From contig CBFGYX010000001.1 of NCBI GenBank assembly GCA_965653075.1, forward strand, positions 1 to 29,082: a stretch of DNA of 29,082 bases, read 5' to 3'. Of the stretch, positions 27,965 through 29,082 are shown piece after piece. A program made the position numbers and the translations under genes. This DNA comes from an uncultured bacterium (GTDB taxonomy: Bacteria > Bacteroidota > Rhodothermia > Rhodothermales > CAZKDQ01). Under the pieces are notes generated by a model, which saw only the letters and a program-made list of their open reading frames with translations, had not been told where the DNA came from and did not search any database. How positions within the stretch are numbered: the first letter of the stretch is position 1; every line of letters begins with the position of its first letter.

Positions 27965-28465
27965 TTATGCGTCCATGAGCACCCTGGCAGTGACGAGCGT
28001 CTGTCCGAGGTGCCGCTCCGAATGCTCGGCGGCGTGGAAGAGCATTCCCAGGACGGTTGAGGGAAGTTGCTTCCGGCCGACGCCTCGAAAATCCGGGAGT
28101 GTCACCGGATCGATAGAGCGCAGCTCATCGATCGCCTTGTCGATACGGTCTTGTGCCGCACGGATCAGCTCGTCCTTCGACTCGCCGGTCTCCTCAGCCT
28201 CGGAAGAGAGGTAACGCATCTGATCGGATGAAAGCTTTTCGCCGCGCGCGTAGGTGAACAGACGGTCGACAACGCCGGGGATGTGCTTCAGGTGGAAACC
28301 GACCGACGCGACGCCGGCCGGGCGCTCCCATAATTTGTCGTCAGGGAAATCAGCCAGGATGTCGGCGATCTCTTCTTTCACCTGCAGCAATGCATGAGCC
28401 GCAGGTTGCAGCGCAGCCGGTACGCCTTCGACGGGTCCTCGGAGCCAGACTTCGGGCTGTGTCAT
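27965..28465 (-). CDS. DinB/YfiT superfamily protein (possible thiol S-transferase)
   Basis: LWERPAGVASVGFHLKHI and FHAAEHSERHLGQ His pattern; helical ~166 aa. Confidence 0.85.
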   Translation of the reverse strand: MTQPEVWLRGPVEGVPAALQPAAHALLQVKEEIADILADFPDDKLWERPAGVASVGFHLKHIPGVVDRLFTYARGEKLSSDQMRYLSSEAEETGESKDELIRAAQDRIDKAIDELRSIDPVTLPDFRGVGRKQLPSTVLGMLFHAAEHSERHLGQTLVTARVLMDA

Positions 28466-28577
28466 ATCAGAATGCTATCGATTATGGGTAGGGGAGGTGC
28501 TGAAATGAATCGACCGGGAGGAAGTGCCCGGCGTACGACGGCGAGCCCTCGTCGAGGCCTCGCCCGGTTTCTCCCTA

Positions 28578-28724
28578 TGAGTGATGAGCATTGAGCGGTG
28601 GGCGGTGGGCGGTGAGCGTTGGGCACTGAGCACCGAGCGTTGAACATTGCGTACGGCGCGGTGAACAATGGGCGGTGAGTGTTGGGCATTGAGTATTGAA
28701 TATTGGGCATTGAGCATTGAGCGC
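28578..28724 (+). repeat. Degenerate heptamer tandem array, 21 units, consensus TGAGC(A/G)N / TGGGCNN
   Basis: Read in 7-nt register: tgagtga tgagcat tgagcgg tgggcgg tgggcgg tgagcgt tgggcac tgagcac cgagcgt tgaacat ... tgggcat tgagcat tgagcgc. Confidence 0.9.
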
Positions 28725-28732
28725 TGCGAACT

Positions 28733-29082
28733 CGCTCACCGCTCATCGCTCATCGCTTCCGTCTCACCGCTCATCGCTCACCGCTCATCGCTCATCGCTT
28801 CCGTCTCACCGCTCATCGCTCACCGCTCATCGCTCACCGCTCATCGCTCATCGCTAATAGCTCATCGCTCACCGCTTCCGTCTCACCGCTCATCGCTTCC
28901 GTCTCACCGCTCATCGCTTCCCGTCTCACCGCTCATCGCTTTCGCCTCACCGCTCATCGCTTCCGGCTCATCGCTCATCGCTCATCGCTCACCGCTCATC
29001 GCTCACCGCTCATCGCTCACCGCTCATCGCTCACCGCTCACCGCTCATCGCTCACCGCTCATCGCTCACCGCTCATCGCTCA
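28733..29082 (+). repeat. Homogeneous heptamer tandem array, ~50 units, CGCTCA(T/C) with CGCTTCC-GTCTCAC variants; runs to window end
   Basis: Direct reading; 7-nt register is broken only by a single extra C near 28922. Confidence 0.97.

Noticed and set aside
28394-28746. ORFs 28462..28746(-), 28475..28717(-), 28394..28594(+) as proteins
   Set aside because: The minus-strand ORFs are translations of the heptamer repeat (PNAQ/SMLN/AHRS cycling); the plus ORF is mostly antisense to dinB.
28578-29082. CRISPR array
   Set aside because: Units are contiguous 7-mers with no unique spacers, and no cas genes are present.

Overview
Core-genome window (GC-rich, clear GGAGG Shine-Dalgarno use) most consistent with a Rhodothermota/Rhodothermales-like bacterium; taxonomy is inferred from protein families, not from a marker gene. 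1-206: truncated GT2 glycosyltransferase (-). 720-14484: a 12-gene respiratory super-operon encoding alternative complex III (actABCDEF plus an actG-like gene), an SCO copper chaperone and an A2-type caa3 cytochrome c oxidase (subunits II-I-III-IV). Then a small membrane protein, a degenerate MTA/SAH-nucleosidase-fold gene divergent from metF, and a mostly minus-strand housekeeping run (hpf, ybeY, hypothetical, cold-shock protein, DUF2723 GT-C protein, rsmI, lptF/G). The right end has an MBL hydrolase, a hypothetical, an unannotated protein with PI3K/HipA-like kinase motifs 7 nt downstream of bshA, an outer-membrane beta-barrel and a DinB protein, and ends in two head-to-head heptamer tandem-repeat arrays. 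No rRNA, tRNA, CRISPR or mobile element was recognised. Best leads: the bshA-linked kinase-like gene, the inverted heptamer arrays, the Fn3/Ig-like domain fused to ActG, and the catalytically degenerate nucleosidase. Family assignments come from motif recognition by eye; no searches were run.
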